Both the position numbers and the translations under genes were made by a program. A stretch of 64,000 nt of DNA from Octopus sinensis (Eukaryota): positions 34,348,001 through 34,412,000 of the forward strand of contig NC_043006.1 of the NCBI RefSeq assembly GCF_006345805.1. The letters run 5' to 3'. Below are positions 62,015 through 64,000 of the stretch, piece by piece (position 1 is the first letter of the stretch; the number at the start of each line of letters is the position of its first letter). A model generated the notes under the pieces. It saw only the letters and a list, made by a program, of their open reading frames with translations. It was not told the DNA's origin and ran no database searches.

Positions 62015-64000
62015 GAAAACGAAAAATAGAAAAAGGCGGTAAGAAGAATATTAGAGGCCGGGTAGCAATGCGGTTCTATGAGAAGAGATCGAATGTTACG
62101 TTCGTGTATAGGAGCGTATCTGCGTGGGGTGATGGGTATAGGGGGAGGTATGTGGGCGATGCGGGTCGTTTATGTTTTGAGTTTTTATATAACATAAATT
62201 TCTATAAGTTATAGTTCTATATGAGTAGAAAATAGGTATTCTTCCTCTGATGAAGGCCTGTAAATACCAGAAGCTAGAGATCAACCTTACTTGGTGCAGA
62301 GATAAAACATAAAGTGCATCCATTCCAAATAGCGCTATTTGTTGCACCATAAACTACAACAAACTCCCATACGTATACATACAAATGCACACACCTTAGG
62401 TCACTTGTCTTGCGTCTTGTTTAATGGTTCGTTATCTAAGTTTTCTATTTTCATTTTTGTTTAACCTAAATAGTCTGGCAGTTCACTTAAGAGAACAGCC
62501 GAAAGCTTCTTCAAGATATCTCTTTCTTAGATCACCAGTTTTCTTCTTTTTCACTCTTTCTTTCTTTCTTCTCTCTCTCTCTATAATCGATAGCCTTTCT
62601 TCTTTATCGCCATTTACATCTCTCAGTTTCCCTCTGAACACTTAGGCCAATAGTTCTTTGCCTCTTTAATTATTATAGATTTTCTTCCTTATAGTTTACA
62701 CACACACACACATCTACCTTTGTTTCCATCTTCAATTTCCTCTTTTTCTTCCTCACACCCGTTCTCTCTCTGCACCCTTGCATACTGCTTCTATCCTGTT
62801 TCAAGGTATGTCTCTAATGTTTCACGCTTCATCTCTCCTCGTCTTTCTCTTTTATTTCCCTGCTTATTATGAGATTTTGTTTGTTTTACTTATAACCGTC
62901 TATCTGCTTACCTATCTCTCTCTCTTTCATTCTAAATTTTTATATCTTTTCTGTCCCTTTTACACACATACACAAAAAGTGAAAGATAAAAATGTCCTAC
63001 ACTACACACACCTCAGTTCATCTAAAAAAAAAAATAGTAAAACAGAAAAGAGAAAAGAAAACGAGATATTATTTTATTGAGCGTGCTCAATAATTTATAA
63101 TTTGATAAGAGCTATGACAATTGTGTGTGTAAATGAAATCAAAAAGAACAATGGAGAAATCTCAAACATACACAGCAATTGTGTCTCCACTCAAACTATA
63201 GGTCGACTTGAAATTACAGGAGATATTAACCCCAGGTTGAACCACCTGTATACACGTAATTGGGTAAAGAACTCCACAATCATACAGACACCTCGGTGTA
63301 TGTGGGCGCCTTCTTACCTGCCTACTGCAATGTCTATCTCATTTCCTCCCTCACCACTGTAAATTATTCTTCTATAAAACCCGTAGTTAACTTTAGACTT
63401 AAAGACAATGACATTCCATACTTCTAGCTCATTCTTAAAATGTATATAATACTGAGCGTTATACTAATACATCTGTTTGTTTTGTACGCCACATGTCTTC
63501 GTCTTTTGTTTTTTTTTTTCGTGAACTCTCCCTATATATAATACAATCAGCCAACACACACTTGCAGGAGTATTTATTCTGTAGTGACTCTTTTACGGTT
63601 AGTTTTTAGTCTTTCTCTGTTTTTCACTTGTTAATTGGTTCAATGAGATCGCGACCTTTCAGTTACGCACTGGCTACGTAAACAAAGAATCAAAGCTATT
63701 CTTTCTCTTTTTAAAAGAACGTTATCTACTCTTGTTTCCGTCTAAATACAAGGTGTGCTTTGGCTGAACGAAATATCAATTTGCCGTATCTCTATTCCAC
63801 TGAGTTTTGTTCCATGTTAATTTTGCACTACTTTTATTTTAACAAAACTTCCCGTTCACACTACACGCATTATACAAAAGAAATTTATTCCCAAAACAAA
63901 AGAACCACACAACAGGTTTTATAAACGTTCCTTAATATAACACTACTTCCAAAAACTATTTTAATTCAAATCTGATTTACGTGAACATCGTTGCTGTAAA

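Noticed and set aside
63312-63320. Minus-strand donor CAG|GTAAGA as a possible upstream UTR exon
   Set aside because: I found no good acceptor in front of the 59874 exon to receive it.

Overview
AT-rich eukaryotic DNA, most likely an octopus (cephalopod) genome, judged from the tRNA-derived SINE families and the dense (TA)n/(CA)n/(AAT)n microsatellites. There is no intact long protein-coding gene. Almost all listed ORFs come from microsatellites, SINEs or one 6.3-kb, 33-bp minisatellite (9601-15874). The window reads best as the 5' end and very long first intron of a minus-strand host gene. It has a candidate first coding exon (MSSRRHSSRSRAR, 59874-59836) in a CpG-retaining zone, a candidate recursive splice site with a stop-laden 49-nt cryptic exon (31281/31280-31232), and a weaker candidate downstream exon (8571-8383). 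The intron is packed with mobile-element relics: a full-length but dead DD37D maT/mariner transposon, mariner, hAT, piggyBac-like and probable Merlin-type MITEs with clear target-site duplications, R4/Dong and RTE LINE 3' ends, and several SINE families. It also holds many foldback/palindromic inserts, one combining an inverted tRNA-like head with a hammerhead-ribozyme-like motif. Family names are from recalled motifs, not database searches. SINE boundaries are approximate.
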